Of a stretch of 62,937 nt of DNA, positions 39,101 to 52,144 are shown in pieces. The first letter of the stretch is position 1. Each line of letters starts with the position of its first letter. Under the pieces are notes generated by a model. It was not told the origin of the DNA. It was given only the letters and a program-made list of their open reading frames with translations, and searched no databases. The position numbers and the translations under genes were made by a program. Source of the stretch: Ruditapes philippinarum. Taxonomy: Eukaryota. The stretch covers positions 62,001-124,937 of the forward strand of contig NW_026863253.1 of the NCBI RefSeq assembly GCF_026571515.1, given 5' to 3'.

Positions 39101-42100
39101 TCTGCCATCGACGGCAGCATTTATAATATGTGTCTGCCTACAACGGCAGCATTTTTCTTCGACCGAACAAGATTGAGCGTCTGTAAAACTTTCAAGAAAA
39201 GGCTCACGGGGTAAATATTTGGCTTGCGTGACCCCAATGGATGAACGTCTATGTTGATAACAGGAAATCCTGCCATTTACTTCAAACTTGAGACATTTTG
39301 AACAGAAAACAGACATTTTCACGGATTTTTCCGAGGCTGTCTCTTTTAACCTGCTCAAAATTGTCTTAAAACAGGTAAAAACGAGTCCAAAATTACCTCC
39401 ACAGTATTTCCATTCAATGGACAAAAGTTTTATAGCAATGAAATGGGGCCGTATTTGTGTAATATAATTAAACCAACCAAATTTATAACCTACCTGTATC
39501 GATCGGTAATTTTCAGATATCTGCCATAACTGCAGTGATCTGCCATCACTGCCGCCGGTAATACGGTGTGTAATTGGTTGCCTTAACCAACCTATAAAAT
39601 GGTGAATTGTTTATAAGATATTTTTTACATAACACGTGCAAGTAGATATATTCTTGAAATTATAATGTAAACAGGACATTAGTGATGTAATCATGGGATC
39701 AAGTGACGCAACTGCTGAAAACCGGTAATATAAAATTGTAACTCGGCGTCATCGTCAACCTTGGACCCTTTTTGCTGCTACGGAAGGCACTAGTTGGTTG
39801 AGCAAGAGACCCTTATCCTGGCTGTAAGTGTACCTATATTAATCCAGTATAAATATAAAAACGGCTATTTCAGCTAATCATTAAGCAGTCTGAGTAACTG
39901 GAAATTTGTCTTCTAAAAACAAAAGTATAAATAAATAACATAAAAAATGTTAAAGGTTATTTGCGATGAAATAAATGCACTCTTAACTATTTCCTTTGTA
40001 AAAAAATAGTAATTATATACAGTTTGAGAGGGCAATCTAAATTGAAAGCCAACTTTTTGTTGGAAAAAGCCACCTATTTCGAAAATGCAGCATCATGTTC
40101 AGACCACTTTCAAACTGAATTGGGAGTGTGTACGTTGACACTATCTAGACAGTATGTGTACGTTGACATTTCTGTAAGTTGGTCAATTTTTAAATAAATA
40201 AAAAAAATACAACAGGAAACCAGTTCTTTTTTTTTTCATTAAACATTCTCTTACACTCTTATATATTTTAAGACCTGAAATTTTACTTAGAACTGACATG
40301 CATATCGTTTATTAAATTTTCATCAACACTTTTACACAATAGTGTGTACGTTGTCATCGACAATTTGCAAATATTGTTTGAATGTTCTCATAAAATACAA
40401 AACGTTAGACGAAACTAAAGACACTTTTAGAAAACATCGGAACTGCCGCAGTCGGTAGGCTATGTAGCATTATTTAAATCGGCTGGACAGAAAAATGATC
40501 ACTAAAATACTTACCTTGGCCGTGTACGTTGACTTTTGTGGTCACATGACCAAAGTTGCTAACCCACGGTGATTTTGTTTCCACGTGGTATTAAATTCTC
40601 TGTTCGTTTTGATTGGGCAGGCGATGTCGGGGTAAAATTAAAAAAAAATATATATTGTCAAATCTTTTAAATTGTATATGTCGCCATTCAGGAACGCTGA
40701 CAATAATCTAAAACATGTATACATAGTTAATTTCTTAATAAATTATTTCTATAATGTAACTGTAAATCACTTTCCGCCAGTTTGCGGTCAACATACAAAA
40801 TATATTTATACCATTTATAATATAATTTTTGTCGTACACAGGATCCCCTGTACAAAGAGTTTGTATTCAGCACTGAAGAACTATCAAGGTCAGAACTTAC
40901 AGATTTAGGATTTCAGCAATTCAGGTTGGAATGAATTTCTGATTTCAATTAAAGCACCATAACTTCAGAATCAAAACTCTTGCTATTTATATACATTTGT
41001 ATATTATATAGTTAGAGAGAGATCGAAATAAATTTCGAACATTAACAAAATAAATGTTATGTCTCAAAGATATTGTACTCAAGTAGTTCATATAGTCATA
41101 TTTCCAAAACACGCAGAAACAGTTACATGACTTGCTTTCTTATCACCTTGAGGCGTGGAACTTTATTTATAATATAATGCAATACTAATTATGCAGGTGA
41201 ACTTTTTATTTACGAAAATATTGTTAACAATTTTTTATTTTCTTGAATATAAGATTGAAAATACGTATATAATGAAGTTCTTTTGTGGTATTAAGTTTCC
41301 TATTAAATATATTTTCTTTTTATTTCAGAACCGGATTCCGTGTCACTACTATTATCATTTTCATGAGGAAATATTTAATCTGGCTTCGAAAAAGGTAACA
41401 AACTAACACATATGTATGTTAGCCAGTAATGGCTGTTCTTTAAATACAATTGATAAACATTATTATACACATAACATCAATATTAACAACGGGTAAAGGG
41501 TTGAACAACAAGTTCTAGCAACATTAACAACTGGCCTTCCTTTAACCATTATAAAATGTAGAAACGAATACATGTTTGGACATAGTGAGCAACATCAAAT
41601 TATAATAAAGAAAAAAATATATTTGTTCTAACACAGATTTGAAGAAAATGGCGGGAAAATTGAGAAAAGACATCTTAACAGTCTTGGGGAGGTAATTATT
41701 ATTATTATTATTTTTATTATAATAATAATTATTATTATTATTATTATCATTATTATCATTATTATTAAAGATAGCAAAATAAGTTTTGACTATCTTTATG
41801 AATGTTAAAAATGTACTTTTTAATTTGAATACAAAACTCCCTGTTCATGGTGACTGTGATTTAAAAAATAATGTATACATTAAAAAAACTCTATCACCAG
41901 AATGATATGTTCGAACACACAGTGGATAAAAGATGTAACTTAGATGCTTGATCGTGTGAATCCAAATCCAAATTTATGGCGTTCTTACGGCATTTATATG
42001 CGACCTTACGAGGCATTTGTACTACAACTCTACGGTGACTTTGGGCTAGTAATCTAGGATTCCTTACCGCGTGGGTTCAAACCCTGTCAGGGCCAAGCCG

Positions 42101-44037
42101 TTGTTTCCTTGTGCAAGAAACTTTACATTTATTGCCCAAGACTGTTTGGTTCCAGGAACAGATTCGAGAGTGTTTCAATAAGCTTATAGCTATAAGCGTA
42201 TACACTACTCTTATAATAACCTTATTTGATTAGCTTTCAGGCCAATACGACATAGTGATGAACTGTTGCGGACCAAGTAGCGCGCAGTTGGTTAATGACA
42301 ATCGAGCGTATCCGGTCAGGGGACACATTGTCAGGGTAAACTTGATTTTATTTTATGAATAATTCGATTTAATTTTTATACTGTAAAACTGACAATTCTT
42401 TCTTATTCAAAGTGTAGTCTGTTGTGGCTGATTTGGTACACTTTGCGCGTTGCATTGTCGCTAGCAAAACACGTCAGACGGCGCGTTGTCGCACTGTCGT
42501 CATGTCGTGAGCGAAGCACGCCAATCGGCGCATTGTTGTGCTGCGCGTTGTTGCGATGTCGCCCTGTCGTTTGGCTTATATATCTAGGAAATTCTTTGAT
42601 TCGAGCCGTTTGGTGTGCATCGTTAACGACAGAACGACTAGACGACAGTGCGCAACGTACCGTTACTATCGCTAGCAACAACACGACGCCAAAAAGTGTT
42701 CTAAATCAGCCACCAACCACGGCGATAGGGCGATTACCACAACTTTTCCGCGCGTTCGTCAAAATATCATACTTCTGCCCGAGACACCGTATCTTTCTGG
42801 ACAAAATAGTTATGGCGGGCTAATCGAATTGTAGGAAATAGCTTATAAAATACCTTACTGTTAGATATTGCAAACTTTTTTCAACTTTTTAATTATTCCA
42901 TCGAATTTTTGAAACATTTCATCGTTAATCTAGCACAACACAATTTGCAGAACATCACATATTTCGAAGAAATAGTGTTTACAAAAGGTCAGGTCGACCT
43001 CAATATGACTTGTACTTATCGCAAAAACCTGGGCAGCGTTTTACTAACGTACTTACGCCTAAGATTTGCGTAAGTGTTTACTTACGTACGATTTTTTTAC
43101 GTAAAGGCGTTTCAATAAAAAAATGCGTAAGTACAAATTTCGTAAGTTTTTACGTAAAGTTACGCTCAAATTTTCCTGACTTAAAATTTACGTAAATATG
43201 GCCGACATTTTGTTAGGAAGAACGCGGCGAAGAAGAACGGCGAGAATTTCTAGGGAGAGACGTAATTGGTTTGAAATTTTGACAGAGAAGGAGGTTTGGG
43301 AGAAGTACCGACTAAGTAAGGAAAGAATAGCATTGCTACATGAGCTTATTAAGCACGACATTCAGCCAGAGACAAGGAAGAGTCATGCGATTAGCCCGAT
43401 GACAAAAGTAAATTGTGCCTAGATCTATCTAAATAATATTCTATTAAAATAATTCTAGAATTTTACATGTCGGTGTTCATTGTCTACGGTGTCCATGAAA
43501 GTAAAAACGTTTCCCAATCCACAAGATTATTCCCCTTTATTTTTTGTCAACTGACCTCGACATTTACTTCATAATGATCGACATCTTTCTACTAAAACTC
43601 AGTAAAACTTGTATATGGTAGCAAGTAAAAGAAGATAGAAAGGGAAGTATTTTCTGTAGCTTTAACGACGATGTGTTTTTGCTATGACCTGACGAGCCCG
43701 TATATATATAATGGTTAAGCATAAAAAGTTCCACAAAAAAGGGTGTGTTTCTATTGTAAATTTTTGGAAAATGTGATGCAAAAAGTCAATTTGAGATGCA
43801 TATTGGAGCACCGCACAACAGTGATTTCTAACACCGCATTTTATACCGTTAGACTGATTATAACTGGCATTGTTTTCCTTTGCAAACTTACATATCTACT
43901 TACAAATATGTTTTATTTGAAGGAAGACTGTTCACTTCCTATTTTTTCAATAAAATGTTATTTTATGGAAGACTTGAAGGACGAATTCAAAAATACCAGT
44001 TAGATAAGTGCAATGGTTTCAATAGATTAGTAAGTTG

Positions 44038-44106
<69 letters not shown>

Positions 44107-46753
44107 GAATTTCTTCAAATGTATTTAAACCCAAAATGTAAATATCTCTCGTCGATCGACATTACTGGAAAAAAAGAAAAGAAAATAAATACAGTGATTT
44201 AATGACGAATAATGCGGTGTCTGTTCAAGTTGTACGGTGCCTAGAATATGCACATGGAAACATGAAAATAATACCATATATACAAAAAAGAGGTTATCAA
44301 AATGGTGTAAATTGTTCAAACGAAAATAACTTTCATATCTATATTGTATTTCGATGATTTATATGAACTAAACGTACTAGAAAGTTTTAAATTTCGCAAT
44401 TAAAGAACTATTTTTCACAGTTTGCCCCAACTGTTTCACTATCTTGACTTAGATAGTGAAGCATTTAGCATGTACTAAAGAGTAATAAGCTTCAAATTAA
44501 ATGACACATTTGATGGAATGAAAAATTCGATGTTTTTGGCAAATTATCATCTGTTTTCTTGTCGTATGCAGTCTTGACATCCATTTTGTATGACAAAAAG
44601 ATACGGTGTCTTGGTCAGAAGTAAGGTATTTTGACTTTGCGCGGAAAAGTTGTGGTGTGCCATAGTGATCAATCAATTGCGATGACAATGTTTACTTGAT
44701 AAATTGTTAAGCTTATTTCAGGTACGGGCACCTTGGATAAAGCATTGGTTTCTCACAGATGGCCATTCTTACATTATACCCGGGTAAATACATTGCAATT
44801 TTAGTTAATCGGAGATTTTCGGCCATTTTGTTATAGCTTTAACGCCTCTCCTTTTACTGACATTTGTCTACACATATATTTCAAATGAGTTATGCTTAAA
44901 AAGGTCTTAACTCTACGGTATATTTCCACAATACTATCTTCCTTTTAAAAGAGTTGAGGCGATATAACAATATTTTTTATCGAGGGTCAATTCTCTCAGA
45001 TAGCTCTATATAAGTTAACGCTCAATCAGAACATCCTCGGTTATTATCTATAATAACTTAAGACTTACGGAAAGGGCCGAAAAGTTGCGAATGAGCTCAC
45101 AACACCTTGGATGTCATTAAAGGTTATCTACTTGATTTTAAGGTAAATTTATATGAAAATTTTAGTTTGATCCAAGGGATTCCAATAAATTAGAGTTTAC
45201 ATTGGACTTTGACAATTAGATTTTCAAATCCCCGCTGTGGGAACAATCAAGCGCCGAAACAAAACCACTTCATTGACCACGAAGTGCCTAATGACATAAA
45301 CGGTAGAAGTCGGCTTATTTTACCCTGCTCTACCACGATAGTTGGTCCGAGGTAAAGTTGATTGGTGCGTAAAACAACTAGACTTGTACATTTGTACCTT
45401 CAGGGAGGATCTTGTTAGACTAGGGGGAGTAAAACAAGTCGGGAACACAAGCTTGGAAGTAGACCCGCGTGATACGAAGGCAATTATGGAGGGCGTAGAA
45501 AAATTGTGTCCTAACATTAAAGTAAGGTCTATTCTATCTTCAATTGACAGTGACGCCTTAGAACCGAAATTAAGATACTTATAGTAAAATTATACAGTAA
45601 CTTTAAAGTATAACATTGTACCATAACTTGAAACAGTAAAGCCGTCTACCATGAATTGTTAGCATAGCATTTAGCCCCATTCTTCACAGCTATAACGCCA
45701 TTGCTTCTGCCAATTTCATCTTCTTGCTTCCTTACTGGTTCGTTCATGATATTAGTACATCATTATAACGTGTAGATGATTTTTTTCAGGGAGCAGTCGT
45801 GGAAAGCGAGTGGGTTGGATTGAGACCTGGAAGGGACAGAGTTCGACTTGAACCGGAAATTATGCATTTTGGAGGTAAACGACTTCCGGTAAGTTAACAA
45901 TTTTTTTCATATGTATGTGAAAGATAATGATCGTGTAGATTTTATTTTATTTTAAAGATCTATTTATTAGGAAGCCAAAAGCATACAGTAAAAACATGAG
46001 TATTTAAACAAACTTTTTTCTAAGCTTGGGCTTATAAACTGTTTAACAGTGATGTATTCTAGATTTAAAGCGACATGCTTCCGGGTTAATGATTTAAATC
46101 TTCGAAATAATCAAACTGAAGAAAAATATATCTACAGTTTATGAAATGTGTTACTTTACTCAATCCGTATGACAATGTGACTACGTATAACATAATTGAC
46201 TATATTTATACTCCAACTCATGTGAGGAAGCTACCTAGCTAGCTTACGGAACGTCGATGGTTCTACTCAGGTGCCCGTCCGTGGCTGAATATGGCTGAGT
46301 GGGCACCTGAGGAGTAAAGCTGATCTCAACAGTGTCAGTAAGACTTTAAACACAACAATACAAGCACACAATATAACTAACCAAACCGTGGTATTTGGGG
46401 GCATCCTTTTCCTATGAATACAGTTTTATGTATCCCTAAATTTTATTCCACTTGATAATAATTTGATAAATTGCGTACTTATTTGAATAGCAAGTGTCTT
46501 GTGCTAGGTTAAATCACTTATTGTGTACAGTTGATAACATTTTTTTCCTCAGATCTTTTTTTAGATAAGAATCTGGAAGCGTGCAGCTTTAATATCATTA
46601 TTGGATCTTAAATTTGGTTTAGCTGTGGTACTTTATTCACAGGTTGTTCACAATTACGGACATAGCTCACAGGGAATTGGTTTGTCATGGGGCACATCTG
46701 TTTATGCCGCCAGACTTGCGGCAGATATTCTTAAATCAGGAGCAAAACTGTGA
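33124..46753 (+). CDS. D-amino-acid / D-aspartate oxidase family flavoenzyme, about 337 aa; exons 33124-33320, 37581-37701, 40842-40924, 41329-41394, 41637-41691, 42234-42335, 44722-44783, 45404-45521, 45790-45888, 46643-46753
   Basis: VAVVGAGVIGLSTA (FAD), TTSYGSGG, YDIVMNCCG, YPVRGHIVRVRAPWIKH, YIIPG, LGG, WVGLRPGR, VVHNYGH, C-terminal AKL (PTS1); 1014 nt, all phases consistent. Confidence 0.92.
33894..34402. mobile_element. MITE-like element with short TIRs and a ~130-bp internal palindrome; partial inverted copy at 36824-37313
   Basis: gaaataacatcgg / ccgatgttatttc ends; cgtaggaattgaccacgtagtcaattcctacg centre; 34043-34381 is reverse-complementary to 36824-37313. Confidence 0.65.
35174..36418. 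mobile_element. Non-autonomous Harbinger derivative
   Basis: TIRs agcgcatctcacacagaacac / gtgttttgtgtgagacgggct; TTA TSD (35171-35173, 36419-36421); dense ccgt/acgg subterminal repeats. Confidence 0.8.
37899..40224. mobile_element. 2.3-kb element with ~450-500-bp diverged inverted arms in oxidase intron 2
   Basis: actggtttcctgttgt...tgtcaacgtacaca...cagccaggataag (37899 to about 38397) mirrored at about 39768-40224; no clear TSD. Confidence 0.75.
41696..41766. repeat. (ATT)n microsatellite
   Basis: Imperfect ATT run right after an exon donor. Confidence 0.85.
42424..42712. mobile_element. GC-rich MITE
   Basis: TIRs gtggctgatttggtacact / agtgttctaaatcagccac; internal tgtcg/cgaca modules. 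Confidence 0.6.
43032..43407 (+). pseudogene. Truncated Harbinger 5' end with first exon (43198-43407) of a HARBI1-type transposase
   Basis: EVWEKYRLSKERIALLHELIKHDIQPETRKSHAISPMTK resembles the HARBI1-type N-terminus; cttacg/cgtaag subterminal repeats upstream; no downstream exons seen. Confidence 0.65.
44042..44104. repeat. (AT)n microsatellite
   Basis: About 31 perfect units. Confidence 0.95.
46215..46355 (+). mobile_element. SINE fragment, second family
   Basis: catgtgaggaagctacctagctagcttacggaacgtcgatggttctactcaggtgcccg...ggcacctgagg...gactttaaacacaaca. Confidence 0.55.
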
Positions 46754-47350
46754 AGAATTTTTACATTCGTAGTTTTAGCTTGTTAATGGATATGTACGAT
46801 GATGGTTTGATATTAAATTATTTATGATAGCTTTTATTACACACTGTTTTTTCATGTGTTTACACATACATTGTAACTGATACAGCTTTTAAATAGGCAA
46901 TAAAAAAAATAAATCTCTCTTGACAGTCATTCATTCAAAACAAATAATCATGTATTTCATTGCAATAATGATATAAACATAAAAAGTATACACGTTTCCT
47001 TTAAAAATTTCACTCTGAACACCCTGTCGGTGATAGATAATCATCTCGGAAAAAAACCCTTATCTGAAGTTTGACGGAACGGACTGAAATGTTGCATTTG
47101 TGATATTTTAATCTTTGAAAGTTATTGTCAACTTGAGTAAGTTTTTCGCAACTCGCAACTTTCCGTCACCCTTCCGTCATAAAGAGTTTGTGTTTATTTT
47201 GTGAATACTAATTGCAAAGGAAATAAGGTTCGACCTCTATAGTTTTGTAGATCGCGAAACCTGGTTGATATGCATGCCATAGGGCTGGCGTACATGTATA
47301 CGTTATACAGTTATTTATGAATTTTATTTCTTTATCTTTGTATGTTTTTT

Positions 47351-50300
47351 TCAAGTCGAAAATGATACTCTTGAAGTTGTCGTTGACATATTAGGAATTG
47401 TTACACTTCCGGTTGCCTCACTTGGAATACTTCCGTTAAGAACGTCAATTTCTTCCTTGCGTTCGGGTTCAACCTTGATTACTAATGCACCAATAATATC
47501 AAACATTTCCCTACAGTGAAACGTAGCAGATATGTCCAAGTTTTTACTCTTTACTGGCATCAAATTTACAATTCCCGTCCATTCGCATTGTGCTGGAACA
47601 TTACTGAAAAGAATAGTTCAACACATAACTGAAAATGGTAGATCAGTGATCTAGTATTTTTTAAAAGAATACGTTTATTTTATTTTACACTGTAAATTTA
47701 AATAAGTTGATACCTTGATACTCCAATTTGCTTGTCAGAGTACTTAGAACTTTATACAAATGTAGGAGTTGTCATACATCTGCACTATCCTCGTTATAAA
47801 TCGTCATTAAAGTATATTAACTTTAAGCTTAAAATCTTTCTAAGATATTAAATAATTAAAATATTGAACACTTTATAATAACAGAGGATCACGAACTCAA
47901 ATTTTTTGATGAACATCATGGACTCGAGACCAACACCCTCCACACTGACTGTACAGTTTTTCAACGTCTTGTGAAGTGGATTTTTAAAGAATAACTTCAG
48001 AGGAAAGTTTGATCTCTTATAGACCGTTTCTTCTACCTAAGTTGAAAAAAATAACATTGCATTTAATGAAACACAGAAATAATTATTCCACCAGCGCAAT
48101 TCAAAATCGAACATAATGACATTAGGCAAGGCAGTGTTACAGTTTATCAAGAAGTAATGCACTGGAAAAGAACACTGTCTTTAAAGATATACTATGCTCA
48201 TCATAGACATATCATCACAATATGACGTCAAGCAAATTCTATAAATAAAAGAAAAGTCGCACGATACTTACTGACATTTCTAAATGAGGTTTTTGTAGAA
48301 GAAAATCGTCCACACATGCTTCTATCTGGTCTGTTTCCTCCACCCTGAGGTATCCCACTTGTCTCATACAAGTATGTTCTGCTAGTTTACCTAGATAATC
48401 GCTTTCATATATACCTAGTTGTAACTGCTCACCTGTAATTTAAGGTACATTTTTTAACCATAACATTAGGTCAGACAATCTGACAAGGGACTTACCTGAC
48501 CTTCTCTGGTTACTGTTGGAGAGCGGACCGGTAGATTGGAGGCATCGAGGGGTTTCCTTATTGTTTACGTATTTTATCGACGAAAAAATTCATTTGACAC
48601 CTTCATTCTTTTCAATTGAAAATTTAATGAAACAATTTTATTAAATAACATATTGAACCTTTCAAAAGCTGAAGGCCGTTTTTTCCTGTTGAATCCGTTT
48701 CATCGTTTTTATCTGCTTTGAATGTGGAATTAGTCCATTCCAAGTTTAAGGAATCTAAATATCTAAATACAAATAAATAACAATTAACGGTACAGAGTCT
48801 GTGCATATTCCATAATCAGGCTGGTCGGCTCTATGCTGGTGGAAAAGACTAACCACTTCCAGTTCCAGCACACTAAGAGTTAAAAAAGCAAAAAACAAAA
48901 ACATACTCTCTCCCGGTGGAATAGTTAGCGTCCATTGTTTTTGTTTTATACATTGATGTCGTCTGCCATTATAGTGAACGCTCTCACACAGTAACATGAC
49001 TTGGACCGTACGTTCGTCCATAGCGTAACTTGTTATAGTTGCCTTTACGTTGAAGTCGTCACCGATATACTCAAATTCTTTATCGTCCAGACGAAATTGT
49101 ATATCCTGTAAGATTAAAAGTGCATTCATTTACTTCCATAAAACTTTATAAAAAACACATAAAATAAATATATTTATTATTATTCAGCACCGTAAAACTA
49201 TGGGCGATTATGTCAAATAATATTGCCAGAAAGTCTATTCTTGAAAGGGATAGTATTTCAAATAACTATTCCCTCATCGTCGTGGGTTCGAATCCCATGA
49301 GGGATTTTGGATTCTTTCATGTGAGATAGCTATTCAGGTACCCATCAGTGACTGAAATAATGAATGGAATTGCACCTGAGGTTTTCCTCCACCCGTAAAG
49401 GATATTGAGGGACAGTGAAAAGTTAAATACCCTACATTCCCGTTCAGTAAAGATCCAATACTGAATAAAGAATTCAATAGTGATTAGTATAAAATAAATC
49501 CGTTATACCTTTGCTTTACATTTATGCATAGGTCTTGCTTTTCTAACTGGTCTTTGAACCACTTCTCTTTCCATCTTTGTTCCTGGTGAAAAGAAGAAAG
49601 AAAAAATAGGTCCCGTTTTAAAGGAACTCTAATGGCACTAAAACATAAAATTTGAAAACGTTACAAATATCAAGTAAAGCACTTAAAATTGAAAAATCTG
49701 CTTCTTGTATTTATAATCAGTTGGTTTACCTTTCTTGTATTTATAATATTAGTGACCATTTTCCCATTTGTCTTACACGCAAACTTTCAAATATCAGTGT
49801 TAAAGGTCCCATGCATAAAACAATAACCTTCCGGTCTCTTAAACACTTTGATGAAAATCGATTTTTAACCGAATTGTCAGAGCAACCCTGGTCAGAAGTA
49901 GCATCTGTAGAAAATCAAGATAACTCTATAGATATGTTCACTGATAAATTTTTGTCTGTCCTTGAAAAACATGCACCAACTAGAAAAAAACGAGTAAAGA
50001 AGGTCACCCAACCAAACTGGATTAATAAAAACATCCTCGATGCTATTAAAACAAAACACCAGTTTCATAAGGTTAATGACACATATAATTACAACATATT
50101 GGAAACAACACGTTAAGTCTCTCATATATGATTCTAAGCGACAATATTATAATGATACCATCAATCAAAACAAATACAACCCAAAGAAATTATGGACTGG
50201 TCTAAAGGAATTATCTTGTTACAAATTCAAGGTCCAAACACATTTTATTGATGATGATGATGGCAACCCGGTTTCTGACCCTTTAATCACTGCAAATTTA

Positions 50301-52099
50301 TTCAACAGACAATTTGCGAATCTCCACCAATCCCATCATGCCATTAATCAGACTGGTTATGAAAATCCTGAGCTTGTTGAACTAAATGCATCTAAACTTC
50401 AGCATATACCCCCTTTCAAAATACCTAAAATAGAGCTCTCTTATGTGTTTAACCAATTAAAATCGATTGATATTACAAAGTCATGTGGGTCAGATGGTCT
50501 CAGTGCAAGGTTTCTAAAGTTATCGGCCCACATTATTGCTCCCATACATACCACTATATTCAATAACAGTATATTAAACAATACATTTCCTAAATCATTC
50601 AAAAATGCAAAAGTCATTCCTGTACATAAAAAGGGTTCTAAAAGTGATAAAAGAAACTATAGGCCTCCATACTTCCCTTGATATCACTTATTCTTGAACG
50701 TCATGTCAGTTCACATTTAAAGCAATACCTTGAGAATAATCAACTTCTTTACCAACGTCAGTCTGGATTCAGGTCAAATCATTCATGTTAAACTGCACTG
50801 ATAAGAATTATTGATGATTGGATTACAGCTATTGACAAAAATGAAATAGTTGGTTCATTTTTCTTGATTTCTCTATAGCTTTTGACTATGTTGATCACTG
50901 CATTATTATTGAAAAGCTTAGAATGTTAAACCTAGACCCTTAATCAGTTGCTTGGTTATCCTCCTATTTAGATTGCAGAATCCAACAAACTTACATATCC
51001 GGTTTATATTCAGAGTCAAGTTCAGTAACTACTGGAGTTCCTCAGGGCTCAGTGCTAGGTCCTATACTGTTGTTAATCTATATCAATGACCTGCCTTTGT
51101 CCATGGAAAAAACAGAAACTGATATTTTTGCTGATGACACCACCCTTTCAACCTCTGATGTATCCCTAAACAGAGTAGTTGAATCTCTTACTCATGATCT
51201 TTTAAATGCCAACAAATGGTGTGATTTGAATCGCATGTCTATCAATGTTAACAAAACTAAGGTCATGTATATTTCCTCAAAACACAAGCAAAATTATATT
51301 CATGAAAGTAATCCTTGTATTTTATATAAAACAGAGCAAATTTTTTGTAGCTCTGAAGAAAAATTATTGGGTATTACAATTAATAACACCTTGTCTTGGC
51401 AAAGCCATATTGATAATGTTCTTAAAAAGTGTAACTCATTGTTATCACGTATAAAATTATTTATATCTATACCTGTACGTAAAATGTTTTACAATGCATA
51501 TATTTTACCACATCTTGATTATTGTTGCATAATTTACGGTAACTGTACGTCTTTTCTAGAAGATAAACTCATTAAGTTCCAAAAGAGAGCTGCAAGACTA
51601 ATTCTAGACAAAGATTATGACACTCCATCTGCTGAACTTTTTTCTGAACTCCGCTGGATGACCTTTTCACAGAGGGTTGTTTTTCAAAAAGCTATTATGA
51701 TGTTTAAAATAATGAATAATCAGGCGCCTTCCTATTTATTGAATAATTTCATTTTATCGTCAGATGTTCATACTCGCATTTTGCGTTCATCATCTGATTT
51801 TCAACTTTATACCCCTAGACCAAATACTGAACAATTTCGTAAGTCTTTTGTTTATTCTGGATCTTGTATTTGGAACGGCCTTCCTGATTATATTAAGTCT
51901 GCTACATCTGTTAACCATTTTAAAACCTTATACTTGAGGTTTTATCACGCATTGATGTATACAAATTGATAATCTCCTGTATGTTTTACATTTATGTATT
52001 TTAATAGTTTGATTATGTTAAATTTATATTGTTCCTTGTTGAGGGCCTCATGGAAGATTGATTTGTTTGTTCAAATGAGTTCTCTCGTTAAATAAAGTC

Positions 52100-52144
<45 letters not shown>

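Larger units (their letters stand above)
42726..44664. mobile_element. Old non-autonomous element with ~85-bp TIRs (Academ-like TAG end)
   Basis: tagggcgattaccacaacttttccgcgc...gacaccgtatcttt mirrored by aaagatacggtgtc...gcgcggaaaagttgtggtgtgccata; flanks GCGA / GTGA. Confidence 0.6.

Noticed and set aside
48497-48806. Extra transglutaminase exons (ORF 48624-48806 and donor at 48496)
   Set aside because: Exon ending 48907 joins 48432 in phase with continuous barrel sequence; 48497-48600 has stops in all three frames. A cassette exon at about 48659-48755 cannot be fully excluded
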